Assembly (NCBI GenBank): GCA_947053455.1
Contig: CAMRSV010000010.1
Span: forward strand, 1 to 27,583
DNA length: 27,583 nucleotides
Direction: 5' to 3'
DNA from: an uncultured Alphaproteobacteria bacterium
GTDB taxonomy: Bacteria; Pseudomonadota; Alphaproteobacteria; Rs-D84
Numbering within the stretch: position 1 is the stretch's first letter; each line of letters starts with the position of its first letter. The notes under the pieces were generated by a model. The model ran no database searches. It had not been told where the DNA came from and saw only the letters and a program-made list of their open reading frames with translations. Below, one piece after another: positions 17,902-27,368 of this stretch. Position numbers and translations under genes: made by a program.

Positions 17902-18646
17902 TCGTTTTTCCCCTGGTTAAAAATTGCCTTATTGTTGCGTTCGGCGGGTTGCGCCGCAAATCGTTCGGATTGCCCCGCCCCGATATTTCATGACGTGCGG
18001 CATCCAGAAAAATTGAGTTATTTGCAACGGTAAATATCGATTCCAATTCATGCGAAACCAAAATTATCGTTGTACCCATTGCACGGTTAATTTCCAAAAT
18101 CAAATCATCCAACTGGCGTGACGCAATCGGATCCAGACCAGCGGACGGTTCATCAAAATAAACTATTTGCGCATCCAGCGCGAGTGCACGCGCCAAACCA
18201 GCACGCTTTTTCATTCCACCACTTAATTGCGACGGATACAAATCACCAATACCTGGCAAACCCACCAGTGCGAGTTTCATTTCCACAATATCGCGTATCA
18301 TTGAATCGGAATATCCCGTATACTGTCGCAAAGGTAATTCAATATTTTCCGAAACAGTCATTGAACTAAACAATGCACCACCCTGATATAAAATGCCAAT
18401 ATTTCGCATAATATCGCGACGCGCGCATTCATCACCCGTAAAATCACGTCCACCAACGCTTATCGTTCCAGACAATGGCGCAATCAATCCGGTCATAACA
18501 CGCAAAAGCGTACTTTTACCACACCCGCTGGGGCCCATTACGGCGAATACATCACCACTGTTTATGTCAAAAGACATATTTTTCATCAATACGTTATTGT
18601 CGTATCCGATACTTAAATTTGAAACCGATATCAATGGTGTTATCAT
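17882..18646 (-). CDS. mlaF: MlaF/Ttg2A ABC ATPase
   Basis: GPSGCGKS, LSGGMKKRAGLARALALD, FDEPSAGLDP, VSHE. Confidence 0.93.
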   Translation of the reverse strand: MITPLISVSNLSIGYDNNVLMKNMSFDINSGDVFAVMGPSGCGKSTLLRVMTGLIAPLSGTISVGGRDFTGDECARRDIMRNIGILYQGGALFSSMTVSENIELPLRQYTGYSDSMIRDIVEMKLALVGLPGIGDLYPSQLSGGMKKRAGLARALALDAQIVYFDEPSAGLDPIASRQLDDLILEINRAMGTTIILVSHELESIFTVANNSIFLDAARHEISGRGNPNDLRRNPPNATIRQFLTRGKTNEKSAK

Positions 18647-19755
18647 ATGCCGATTACCTCAAATAAAAATGTGATAATACCGGTTGCAATAACCATCCAA
18701 ACAATTGATGAGACAACCGCACGCGTCGTTGCAATTCCAACTGAACTGGCGTCACGTCCACATTTTATACCGCAATAGCATCCACACAACCCGATTATAA
18801 TGCCATACACCAGACCATGGAAAATACCCACAGAAAAATTGCGCATATCAATTGCCTGCATTGTATAAGCAAAATATTCGCCTGCCGGAATACGCATTAT
18901 CAATACGCCGATAAACGCACCACCCAGAACCGCCATTATATCGGCCAGCATTGTCAATATGGGCATCATAAATGTTATCGACATCACACGCGGCAATACC
19001 AGAAAATCAATTTTGCTTATTCCCATTGTATCCAAGGCGTCCAATTCGTCATTCGTTTGCATTGTACCAATTGTCGCCGCATACGACGCCGCCGTGCGAC
19101 CCGCCATTATTATACCGGTCATCATTGCGCCCATAATGCGTACCGATGCAATCGCAACCAAACTGGCCACATAAATTTGCGCACCAAATAACTTTAACTG
19201 CGCCGCCCCGACAAATGCCAAAATCAATCCAATTAAAAAACTGATAAGTGAAACAATCCCGATGGCGCGCGGCCCCACCGCATCAAGCGCAAAAAACCAA
19301 TCAGTTGCGCGCGTCTGGGCACATCCGCGCACCATGCGCAAAACCGATTTGCAAACGCGACCAATAAACGCGGCACCATCACATATGGCCGCATACATTC
19401 GAAGTCCGAATTCACCAACAAATTCAACAAAAGATAACTTTTCACTGGATGTGCGCACAGATGTTGATAAGCCGCGACGCATCATTGAAAACATATGGCG
19501 CACCCCCAACGGCAATCCAGAAATTTTTAATTCCAGCCCATAATTTTCGGCCATCTCATGCAACTGTTTTATAAACACCAAAAAAGATGAATCCCAGTTT
19601 TCAACACCGCCAAATGAAACATTTATTTTGTGTATTTTACGGCGCGTAATTTCGGCAACAAATTCCCCCAACGTTACATTGGCGCAAATAAAATCACCGA
19701 CAACACCAATTGCCGCCACGTCATTTGAAAATTTGAAATCTATGTTCACCCCCAC
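18643..19755 (-). CDS. mlaE: MlaE permease with N-terminal STAS-like domain
   Basis: WDSS STAS-like motif, AGRTAASYAATIGTMQTNDELDAL, LVLPRV, VGIATTRAVV. Confidence 0.92.
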   Translation of the reverse strand: MGVNIDFKFSNDVAAIGVVGDFICANVTLGEFVAEITRRKIHKINVSFGGVENWDSSFLVFIKQLHEMAENYGLELKISGLPLGVRHMFSMMRRGLSTSVRTSSEKLSFVEFVGEFGLRMYAAICDGAAFIGRVCKSVLRMVRGCAQTRATDWFFALDAVGPRAIGIVSLISFLIGLILAFVGAAQLKLFGAQIYVASLVAIASVRIMGAMMTGIIMAGRTAASYAATIGTMQTNDELDALDTMGISKIDFLVLPRVMSITFMMPILTMLADIMAVLGGAFIGVLIMRIPAGEYFAYTMQAIDMRNFSVGIFHGLVYGIIIGLCGCYCGIKCGRDASSVGIATTRAVVSSIVWMVIATGIITFLFEVIGI

Positions 19756-19911
19756 CCGCCACTAAAATTGTTATAAATTTTAACGATTTTTTACTTTTAA
19801 TGCAAGTGTTTAGATTACACTTATTCCTAAAAAAAACATAGATTAAAAACGCTTAATATTATAAATTTATGATTAGGATTATTTTCTTAACAACCAGAAA
19901 GGAGGTAAATC

Positions 19912-20601
19912 ATGAAAAAAACACTTGGAATTATAGCATTGGCGGCAACTGCATCCACCGGTGCCATTGCAGCAGACATAACACCGTATGTCGGCCTGGG
20001 TCTGGTCATTGACAAGGCGGGTACATCCGCAAAGCGTGTTGGGTTCAACCCGAATGCTCCGATTAACAACATTGGTGCGGCCATTGTTGAAGATGGCGGC
20101 GGGGACATGAAATTTGATGCCGCAATCGCGGGCGAAATTACAGCCGGCGTAAAATGGGGTCATTTGCGCGGCGAATTGGAATTTGCCCTGCGCAGCGCGT
20201 CCGAAGATGATTATACAATCTTTTCCGGGAATTTGAGGCCTGGTATGAAACTTAATGCGTCAACAAAAACATCGGTAAAGCACAATTCATACATGGCGAA
20301 TGTATATTATGATTTCGAAATCAAGAATTCAAATTGGGCGCCATACATTGGTGCGGGTATTGGTGTCGGAACATATCAGCAAAAGGCAACAGTTGATGTT
20401 AGCGTTATAGGTCGCCCGGTTCCGATTGAAGATATAAAGAATGATAAAACGGAATTTGAATGGCAGGTGGCGTTGGGCACCGCATACCAATTTACAGAAA
20501 ATTGGGCAGCAGATATTGCGTATCGATTTAACTCGTCCACAATTGCCGGCGAATTTGTGTACGCCCATGAATTGAAACTGGGGGCACGTTATTCGTTTTA
20601 A
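19912..20601 (+). CDS. outer-membrane beta-barrel protein (opacity/LomR-like)
   Basis: AAGGAGGT ribosome-binding site, signal peptide, RGELE, MANVYYDF, PYIGAGIG, terminal RYSF. Confidence 0.9.
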   Translation: MKKTLGIIALAATASTGAIAADITPYVGLGLVIDKAGTSAKRVGFNPNAPINNIGAAIVEDGGGDMKFDAAIAGEITAGVKWGHLRGELEFALRSASEDDYTIFSGNLRPGMKLNASTKTSVKHNSYMANVYYDFEIKNSNWAPYIGAGIGVGTYQQKATVDVSVIGRPVPIEDIKNDKTEFEWQVALGTAYQFTENWAADIAYRFNSSTIAGEFVYAHELKLGARYSF

Positions 20602-20620
20602 TTTACAAATACAAAAAAAC

Positions 20621-20648
20621 AAACCGCGCTTAAACGGGCGCGGTTTTT
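20621..20648. terminator. bidirectional intrinsic terminator
   Basis: AAACCGCGCTT-AAAC-GGGCGCGGTTTTT. Confidence 0.8.
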
Positions 20649-20659
20649 AATTATCTAAC

Positions 20660-21208
20660 TTACATTGATTCGGGCATTATTTTTATCGTTTTAAATGCAC
20701 GGTCAATTTTTATATTCATTCGGTCTACAACCTGCCCCTTTGAATTCACAACACATAAACTGTAATCACCATATTTTATTCCATTGAATACAAATCCGCC
20801 GTTTGAATCCGCACGACGTGTCACAACAATTTCACCATTTGCATCATGAATATATATCATATACACCATATTCGGCGCAAATGATATCAACTGCCCTTCT
20901 AATGCACCCAAATGATTAAACACTTGTATCTATAATCCAATTGTTGCCCCCAACGGCATCAGAACACGTACATCTATGGTTTCTTCTAATTCTACATAAT
21001 CTTCAACATCTATCTGGCGACCGGCTTCTTCATATTCTGACTCCACTTCGGATATTGATTCTTCTAATGCGGCATCAAGTTCATCCTGAGCCAGCACGCC
21101 CGGATAAAGCAAGCGCAGATACCGTTCCGCCACAGCATATGCGTCGCTATTTTTATCCATGTATGCAGGCAACGACAATAGCCTCCGCAGAAATTGTGGT
21201 GTTTTCAT
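20660..21208 (-). pseudogene. hypothetical protein with a C-terminal carboxypeptidase-regulatory/prealbumin-like domain, interrupted by one in-frame TAG (20930-20932)
   Basis: ORFs 21208-20930 and 20923-20660 share a frame: GGA TTA TAG ATA CAA GTG TTT; AAGGA ribosome-binding site only before the first; motif ADSNGGFVFNGIKYGDYSL. Confidence 0.6.
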
Positions 21209-21327
21209 TTGTGATTCCTTTATGCAAATAAAAAAGCCCCGTGTGCGAACTGGGCAATAAAAAACGGCGACATTTGTCGCACTTGCTCTTATTACCCATT
21301 ATACCACAAATTACGATAAAAATCAAC

Positions 21328-21350
21328 ATAAAACCCGCCATGCGGCGGGT
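21328..21350 (-). terminator. terminator downstream of tRNA-Ser
   Basis: Minus strand ACCCGCC-GCAT-GGCGGGT followed by TTT. Confidence 0.8.
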
Positions 21351-21357
21351 AAATTTC

Positions 21358-21448
21358 TGGCGGAGACGAAGGGATTCGAACCCTTGATACCGTTGCCGGT
21401 ATACTACATTTCCAATGTAGCGCACTAGACCAACTATGCGACGTCTCC
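21358..21448 (-). tRNA. tRNA-Ser(GGA)
   Basis: Minus strand acceptor GGAGACG/CGTCTCC + GCCA, anticodon arm CTACA-TTGGAAA-TGTAG, long variable arm ATACCG-GCAA-CGGTAT, T-arm AAGGG-TTCGAAT-CCCTT. Confidence 0.97.
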
Positions 21449-21470
21449 TAAAAACATGCCAGGGACAAAA

Positions 21471-21854
21471 TTATTCCTCAACCTCGTCTTCGGCAATTTC
21501 AACATCTTCTTCGACAACCGACTGACCTGCATTGTCATCCAACAATGCATTTTCCAATTCCGCATCAATCTCGCGCAGCATCGGATCTTCGCTGCCAACC
21601 TCCAGATTTTCTTCGCCGGCGGCAGTTGTTGGGTTTTCCTTGTACGACTGAACAAATTCATGACGAACCGTGGCGACATCTAATTTGCCACTTGCAATCT
21701 CGCGCAGGGCTACAACTGTTAATTTATCATTTTTCTTGTCCACAACGGGCTGTGCACCACCATTCAAATCACGAACACGCTGTGACGCCAGCATGCCCAG
21801 TTCATAACGGCTTTCCACGAATGGTAATGTATCGGAATTTGTTGTGCGAGCCAT
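21471..21854 (-). CDS. rpoZ: RNA polymerase omega subunit
   Basis: MARTT..D, SRYELGMLASQRVR, DKLTVVALREIA, acidic alphaproteobacterial tail; AAAGGA ribosome-binding site. Confidence 0.93.
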   Translation of the reverse strand: MARTTNSDTLPFVESRYELGMLASQRVRDLNGGAQPVVDKKNDKLTVVALREIASGKLDVATVRHEFVQSYKENPTTAAGEENLEVGSEDPMLREIDAELENALLDDNAGQSVVEEDVEIAEDEVEE

Positions 21855-21913
21855 CGTAAATCCTTTGTTGAAATATTTTTTAACCCCGCTATAATGCATC
21901 AAGGCCTTAAAAA

Positions 21914-23149
21914 ATGCAAGCAGAAAATAACAAAATTAATATAAAAACGCTTTCAATGGGGTGCCGACTAAACGCACTGGAATCAGAAAAGATTCAAAAT
22001 ATGTTACGGTCGCACATTTCAACCGCAATTGTGGTGAACACCTGTGCCGTCACAGCCGAGGCTGAACGCCAATCAGGTCAAACCGTGCGCCGCATCGCCC
22101 GTGAAAACCCAAACGCGCCAATTTTCGTAACGGGGTGTGCCGCAACCCGAAATGCCGCACTGTTTGCCGACATACCAAATACTTTTGTTATTCATAATCG
22201 CGACAAATTGAACATTTCTGCGTATGCAGACGCAATAAATTCTGCAGCATGCCACATAACAACGCCCGCGATTGACAATTTCAAGAATTCAGACCCGCAA
22301 CTTTCAAAACAATTTATTCAGATTCAAAATGGATGCAACCACCAGTGTGCATACTGCGTAACACGTATGTTGCGTGGTCCGGCGGTATCATTTGATTACA
22401 CGGAAATTCTGGACGCGGCACAGCGCGCGGTGCAAAACGGGTTCTATGAAATTGTGCTAACCGGGGTTGATATTGCAAGTTATGCGTATAACGGCATGTT
22501 GATATCCGATTTATGCAGAAAACTGTTGCACGATGTACCCGGGATAAAAAGACTGCGCCTGTCGTCGTTTGACCCGGCATCCCCGGAAATATTCCGGGTT
22601 ATTGATTTAATGCATGCTGACGCGCGTATGATGCCACACATGCACCTGTCGATGCAGTCGGGCAGTGATACAATTTTGCGCGCCATGCGCCGGCGCCACA
22701 ATGCCGCCACAATTCGCCGCATTGCACAATATGCCGCCGGCATCACATTCAGTTGGGACATAATCTGCGGATTCCCTGGGGAAACGGACGAACTATTCGC
22801 CGAAACAATGGCGTCGGCAGGTATAATGCGCCCAATAAAAATACACGCATTTCCGTTTTCGCCCCGCCCCGGAACCGTGGCCGCCGACATGCCGGGACAA
22901 ATTGACCGTGCGACATCCAAGGCGCGCGTTAAAACAATAACCGCGGCGGCAGATGCATGGCGCACCGAATTTATGCGAACCCGCGCCGGCGATACGACCC
23001 AGGTATTGGTCGAAGAAAACAATATCGCCCGTGACCCACATGACATCACGGTAAAAATAATTGACGCCCCGGTTCCCGCAAAAACTGTATGCAATGTCCA
23101 TCTGACAGATGCACATGATGACACATTTATCGGGCGCATTTCCAAATAA
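21914..23149 (+). CDS. mtaB: tRNA methylthiotransferase MtaB (MiaB-like radical SAM)
   Basis: GCRLNALES, NTCAVTAEA, VTGCAA, CNHQCAYC, EIVLTGVDI, DIICGFPGET, HAFPFSPRPGT. Confidence 0.92.
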   Translation: MQAENNKINIKTLSMGCRLNALESEKIQNMLRSHISTAIVVNTCAVTAEAERQSGQTVRRIARENPNAPIFVTGCAATRNAALFADIPNTFVIHNRDKLNISAYADAINSAACHITTPAIDNFKNSDPQLSKQFIQIQNGCNHQCAYCVTRMLRGPAVSFDYTEILDAAQRAVQNGFYEIVLTGVDIASYAYNGMLISDLCRKLLHDVPGIKRLRLSSFDPASPEIFRVIDLMHADARMMPHMHLSMQSGSDTILRAMRRRHNAATIRRIAQYAAGITFSWDIICGFPGETDELFAETMASAGIMRPIKIHAFPFSPRPGTVAADMPGQIDRATSKARVKTITAAADAWRTEFMRTRAGDTTQVLVEENNIARDPHDITVKIIDAPVPAKTVCNVHLTDAHDDTFIGRISK

Positions 23150-23166
23150 GATAAAGACACGCCCAA

Positions 23167-23694
23167 ATGCCATACTTCCCATGTTTTACGAACAGCAATG
23201 AAATCCCATATATTATCGGGGCGGCACTTGTCTATAGCTGCTATTTTTATGATATGACATCATATCAATCCAAAGAAGGGAAACTTCTGCACGAAAATTA
23301 TGTTCCGGGTCTACAACTTGCAAGGGTGGAACGACGCGCAGTCAGGGCAATAAACGATACGCAACTAAATCAATACGTTAAACAATATAACGCCCTGCGC
23401 AGAGATTATCAAAAAAACATCAGACTGGCCAAAAAGTCAAAATCTTTACGCAGTGCGACATCAACCTATGAAATTTGGATGAAAATATCGAACTGTTCCA
23501 TACCGCGCCCAGAAAAATATTTAAAGAATCAAAAAAACGCAACAATGCCCAGCACGGCAAACGCATTCGCGCCCACAATGGCTGATTATGAGAAACTATT
23601 ACGGCAATACGAACGCGACAGCATTGATGCGCAATATTATCGATTACATCAGCAACTGGTGTTTCAAAAATATAACCAAAAAAAAGCGAAATAA
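23167..23694 (+). CDS. hypothetical protein (start uncertain)
   Basis: ORF fills the mtaB-dacA gap and ends at a terminator; basic and helical; no recognised motif. Confidence 0.6.
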   Translation: MPYFPCFTNSNEIPYIIGAALVYSCYFYDMTSYQSKEGKLLHENYVPGLQLARVERRAVRAINDTQLNQYVKQYNALRRDYQKNIRLAKKSKSLRSATSTYEIWMKISNCSIPRPEKYLKNQKNATMPSTANAFAPTMADYEKLLRQYERDSIDAQYYRLHQQLVFQKYNQKKAK

Positions 23695-23721
23695 AAATCC
23701 CCAGAAATACGGGGAATTTTT
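23693..23721 (+). terminator. intrinsic terminator
   Basis: AAAAATCCCC-AGAAATAC-GGGGAATTTTT. Confidence 0.65.
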
Positions 23722-23774
23722 ATATCAAAAAAATTATTGGCAATGGTGATTTATATTGCTATTATCATCGTGCT

Positions 23775-24950
23775 ATGAAAAAGAAAATCCTTATACTTGT
23801 ACTATCAATAATAACAACCGCGGCGAACGCCGACTTTTCCACACGCGCAAAATCTGCATTTCTAATTGACTATGATTCCGGTGCAGAGATTGTCGCAAAA
23901 AACGCAGACGAACTGATGCCGCCGTCGTCCATGATTAAACTGATGACGCTGGCGCTGCTGTTTGATGAGATTAAGGCCGGCCGCCTTTCCATGGATGACC
24001 GCCTGCCGGTTAGTGAAAACGCCGACTATAACGATCCACGCTGGTACCCGGCAAGCAAGATTTGCCTAACGGCGGGTCAATCAATAACGGTTCGCGACGC
24101 GATACTGGGGCTGATTGTGCTGTCGGGCGGCGACGCATCGGTGGTTGTTGCGGAAAAACTGGCCGGGTCGGAGGGGGCATTCACCGCCATGATGCAGAAA
24201 AAGGCGCGCGCAATCGGCATGCCGCGATCAATATTTGCGAATGCAAGCGGCCTGCCCGACCCGAATAATTTGATGACCAGCCGTGAACTGGCAACATTGG
24301 CACGCCACATCATAACCGATTACCCCGATATTTATCCGATGTTCGCGACCAAGCGCTTTGAATTCGGCGAATACAAGTCCGATTGGTGCCGCGACTGGGG
24401 GCGCACGCATACGGTTAACTATAATAAACTGCTGTTTATAATGCCGGGGGCGGATGGCCTAAAGACCGGGCATACAGACGAAGGTGGATACGGCATGGTG
24501 GCCAGTGCCAATGTTGGCGGCCGCAGATTAATTGGTGTAATAAACGGCTTTAACGGCAAGGGTCATGACGCCTTGGCCGCGGAAATGAAAAAATTGTTGA
24601 ATTACGGATATGCAAATACGACAACGCATGTGTTTTATCATGCGGGCGACAAGATTGCAAAAATTCCCGTATGGTATGGCCGGCGGGAATTTGTCGTGGC
24701 AACGGTCGATAAAACATTCGCAATAACATTGCCAAAATCAGATAACCTGTCTACGGTGCGCGTATTGGCGCGTTATGACGAACCGTTACCCGCCCCCATA
24801 CATGCCGGTGACAAGATTGGCGAAATCATCGCCCAACAAAACGGTCGCGAAATCGCACGGGCGCCACTGATTGCGCTGGACAATGTATCCAAGACACAAT
24901 TCTTTGGCCGCGTGATAAAAAATATCCAGGTAATATTTGGCGGACGGTAA
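23775..24950 (+). CDS. dacA: D-alanyl-D-alanine carboxypeptidase (peptidase S11, PBP5/6)
   Basis: Signal peptide, SMIK (SxxK), FANASGLPD, DGLKTGHT, PBP5 C-terminal domain (APIHAGDKIG). Confidence 0.93.
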   Translation: MKKKILILVLSIITTAANADFSTRAKSAFLIDYDSGAEIVAKNADELMPPSSMIKLMTLALLFDEIKAGRLSMDDRLPVSENADYNDPRWYPASKICLTAGQSITVRDAILGLIVLSGGDASVVVAEKLAGSEGAFTAMMQKKARAIGMPRSIFANASGLPDPNNLMTSRELATLARHIITDYPDIYPMFATKRFEFGEYKSDWCRDWGRTHTVNYNKLLFIMPGADGLKTGHTDEGGYGMVASANVGGRRLIGVINGFNGKGHDALAAEMKKLLNYGYANTTTHVFYHAGDKIAKIPVWYGRREFVVATVDKTFAITLPKSDNLSTVRVLARYDEPLPAPIHAGDKIGEIIAQQNGREIARAPLIALDNVSKTQFFGRVIKNIQVIFGGR

Positions 24951-24956
24951 AGGCAA

Positions 24957-25859
24957 ATGGCACCGCGCAAACAATCTTCTTCGTATAACTTTCCAGACCC
25001 GATGGATAACGACACGTTGGTCGGGCACGGGGACACATTACGCGTATTTATGGACGCATGGGCGGCACGCGATACGCACTCGATTCACCCGGTGTGGATG
25101 CTAACCGGCCCACGTGGCATTGGCAAGGCAACATTGGCCTACAAAATCGCCCGGATGGTTTATGGCAATGTCGGCGATTTTTTCATAATTGACCTGGCGC
25201 GAAATATTGACAAGGACGGCAAGTCCAAATCCGACGGCAAGGTTATATCTGTCTACACCGTTCGTGCGATGATTGAACGCATGCAAATGTCGTCCATGTC
25301 GGGTGATTGGCGCGTGGTTTTGATTGATTCAGTTGATGAACTAAACACAGCCGCATCAAATGCAATTTTGAAATTGTTAGAAGAACCACCGGCAAAAACA
25401 CTGTTCTTGCTGGTGGTGCATCAATTGTCGAATGTATTGCCAACCGTGCGTTCACGCGCCCGTGTTGAAAAGATGCGGCCGCTGACCATATCCGAACTGC
25501 GCGAACTTTGCGCAAAATTCATGCCGGACGAAGATGTCGGCACGGATGCCCTAAAACTTTCCAACGGCAGTTTTGGGCGAATTGCGGCACTAAAAAAATC
25601 GGGCGGCGACGAAATATATGCAGATTTGATTGAAATGCTGAAAAATCCGCGGGCGACGGCGGCGGACATGATGGCGATGGCAAAACGCATTGCACCCGAC
25701 ACCGCACTGCATGGAATACTGTTGGACGCGATTGCATGGTTCGGCCTGGCGGAACTATATCCGGTGGCGACACATGCGATTTCGGATATTGCGCGAATTT
25801 ATCTAGAACCGGAAATCGGAATATTTAAAATCATAAGCGAAATTAAAAAATGTTTATAG
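24957..25859 (+). CDS. holB: DNA polymerase III delta-prime subunit
   Basis: WMLTGPRGIGKATLA, RVVLIDSVDELN, NAILKLLEEPP, LPTVRSR. Confidence 0.92.
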   Translation: MAPRKQSSSYNFPDPMDNDTLVGHGDTLRVFMDAWAARDTHSIHPVWMLTGPRGIGKATLAYKIARMVYGNVGDFFIIDLARNIDKDGKSKSDGKVISVYTVRAMIERMQMSSMSGDWRVVLIDSVDELNTAASNAILKLLEEPPAKTLFLLVVHQLSNVLPTVRSRARVEKMRPLTISELRELCAKFMPDEDVGTDALKLSNGSFGRIAALKKSGGDEIYADLIEMLKNPRATAADMMAMAKRIAPDTALHGILLDAIAWFGLAELYPVATHAISDIARIYLEPEIGIFKIISEIKKCL

Positions 25860-26611
25860 ACACGCATTGCCATTTGACCGACAATTATTTGGGCGGCGAT
25901 TTGGATGCCGTGTTAAGCCGCGCCGCGACCGCAAATGTGGGCATGATGATTTGCCCGACGGCCGACCCGGCAGACATTGAATGCGCCCTGCGCATTGCGG
26001 GCACACATGACAATATATTTGCGACAATCGGCATTCACCCAGATTACGCAAACGCCGACGCATCAAAATACCTGACCGATGCCGTTTTACAAAACCCGCG
26101 TGTTGTGGGCGTTGGTGAAATCGGGCTGGATTATCATTTGGGACGCGACACGCGTGACGCACAAATAAAACTGTTTGAACAGCAGTTGGAAATTGCATCA
26201 CGCGCGAATTTGCCGGTGGCAATTCATACCCGCGATGCCACCGAAGACACCGCCGCAATTTTACGTGCTGCACCTGTCACCGGTGTCATGCATTGCTATA
26301 CGGGGGCATGGGAATTTGCCAAACTTATGCTGGATCGCGGATTTTACTTTTCCGCCAGCGGGATTATCACATTCAAAAACGCCGACCGCATACGCGAAAC
26401 ATTTTCAAAAATTCCGGTCGACCGAATTGTTATCGAAACCGACAGTCCGTTTTGTACCCCGGTGCCATTTCGTGGTAAACCGTGCGAGCCCGCATATGTA
26501 ACCCGCATGGCGGAAACATTGGCCGAAATTCATGGTTTGCAATTGTCGGAAATTGAAACTATACTGGAACAGAATACAAAGAACCTATATCCGAAATGCC
26601 AAGACAAATAA
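25850..26611 (+). CDS. tatD: TatD-family nuclease
   Basis: IDTHCH, GIHP, GEIGLDY, IHTRDA, HCY, ETDSPF. Confidence 0.95.
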   Translation: MFIDTHCHLTDNYLGGDLDAVLSRAATANVGMMICPTADPADIECALRIAGTHDNIFATIGIHPDYANADASKYLTDAVLQNPRVVGVGEIGLDYHLGRDTRDAQIKLFEQQLEIASRANLPVAIHTRDATEDTAAILRAAPVTGVMHCYTGAWEFAKLMLDRGFYFSASGIITFKNADRIRETFSKIPVDRIVIETDSPFCTPVPFRGKPCEPAYVTRMAETLAEIHGLQLSEIETILEQNTKNLYPKCQDK

Positions 26612-27066
26612 TAAAATCAGGCCAGGTTAGCGAAAACCGCAAAGCGCGGTTTACCTACTCTATCGAAGATACGATAGAGGCCGGCATTTCATTGACCGGT
26701 GCGGAAATAAAATCAATCAGATATGGTTTGGTAACAATTGTTGACGGTTTTGTTCAACGCCGCGGCGATGATTTATACTTGGCAGGTGTGGAAATTCAAA
26801 GATTACCAACCGCGGCGCGATATGTGAACTTTGATGAACGGCGTCCGCGGCAATTACTGCTGCACCGTGCACAAATAAACCGCATGATTGGTAAATTACA
26901 GGAAAAAGGCGCAACAATCGTGCCATTAAAACTATACTTTAACAATCGCGGCCGGCTAAAGGTATTACTGGGCATCGGATATGGCAAGAATCAGGTGGAC
27001 AAACGCGAAACAATAAAACAGCGCGAATGGAACCGAAACAAGGCTCGAATATTAAAGGGCGAATAA
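26596..27066 (+). CDS. smpB: SsrA-binding protein SmpB
   Basis: NRKARFTY..EAGISLTGAEIKSIR, RQLLLH, TIVPLKLYF, GK..DKRETIKQREWNR. Confidence 0.96.
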   Translation: MPRQIIKSGQVSENRKARFTYSIEDTIEAGISLTGAEIKSIRYGLVTIVDGFVQRRGDDLYLAGVEIQRLPTAARYVNFDERRPRQLLLHRAQINRMIGKLQEKGATIVPLKLYFNNRGRLKVLLGIGYGKNQVDKRETIKQREWNRNKARILKGE

Positions 27067-27077
27067 ATTTGCATCCG

Positions 27078-27101
27078 GCGCCGCATGTCGGCGCATTTTT
27101 T
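27078..27101 (+). terminator. intrinsic terminator after smpB
   Basis: GCGCCG-CATGT-CGGCGC followed by ATTTTTT. Confidence 0.75.
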
Positions 27102-27106
27102 ATTTA

Positions 27107-27135
27107 TTGCATTTTTCGAACAATTAGGATATAGT
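27107..27135 (+). promoter_or_regulatory. sigma70-type promoter of cassette 2
   Basis: TTGCAT(27107-27112)-N17-TATAGT(27130-27135). Confidence 0.65.
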
Positions 27136-27141
27136 ACTTAA

Positions 27142-27311
27142 TGCAATGGGTGTTCCATTGTGCGAAGTTGATATCTCGCTTACTAGCCGCCCACGTGGGC
27201 GTTAAACCCAGTCCAACGAGGCTGGAGTGTGACTGAATATATTGAATAGGTCGCCAAGCATGCTAGTATGCGAATATCAAACTCCAGCCCGTCTTTTTGT
27301 GATGGGTTTTT
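27142..27311 (+). ncRNA. C4/CI-like antisense RNA and attenuator cassette 2 (core RNA 27220-27289)
   Basis: Closing stem GGCTGGAGT/ACTCCAGCC; hairpins GTGACT..GGTCGC and GCAT-GCTAGT-ATGC; GCTAGTA(27262-27268) and ATATCAA(27274-27280) complement TACTAGC(27181-27187) and TTGATAT(27168-27174); overlapping terminator GCCCGTC/GATGGGT+T run. Confidence 0.65.
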
Positions 27312-27353
27312 ATATTAGTAGCACACTTTTTCTGTGGAAATATGTTCTGCAAC

Positions 27354-27362
27354 TGATATAAT
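27354..27362 (+). promoter_or_regulatory. extended -10 promoter of cassette 3
   Basis: TGATATAAT matches TGnTATAAT; -35 is weak. Confidence 0.5.
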
Positions 27363-27368
27363 TTGGAA

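Noticed and set aside
20930-20932. Genome-wide TAG reassignment or pyrrolysine
   Set aside because: TAG ends mlaF and holB at expected lengths, no other gene shows internal TAGs, and no pyl genes are in the window.
21153-21425. 90-aa ORF on the minus strand
   Set aside because: It runs through tRNA-Ser and its terminator.
22480-23166. 228-aa antisense ORF within mtaB
   Set aside because: Mirror frame of a conserved GC-richer gene; no independent evidence.
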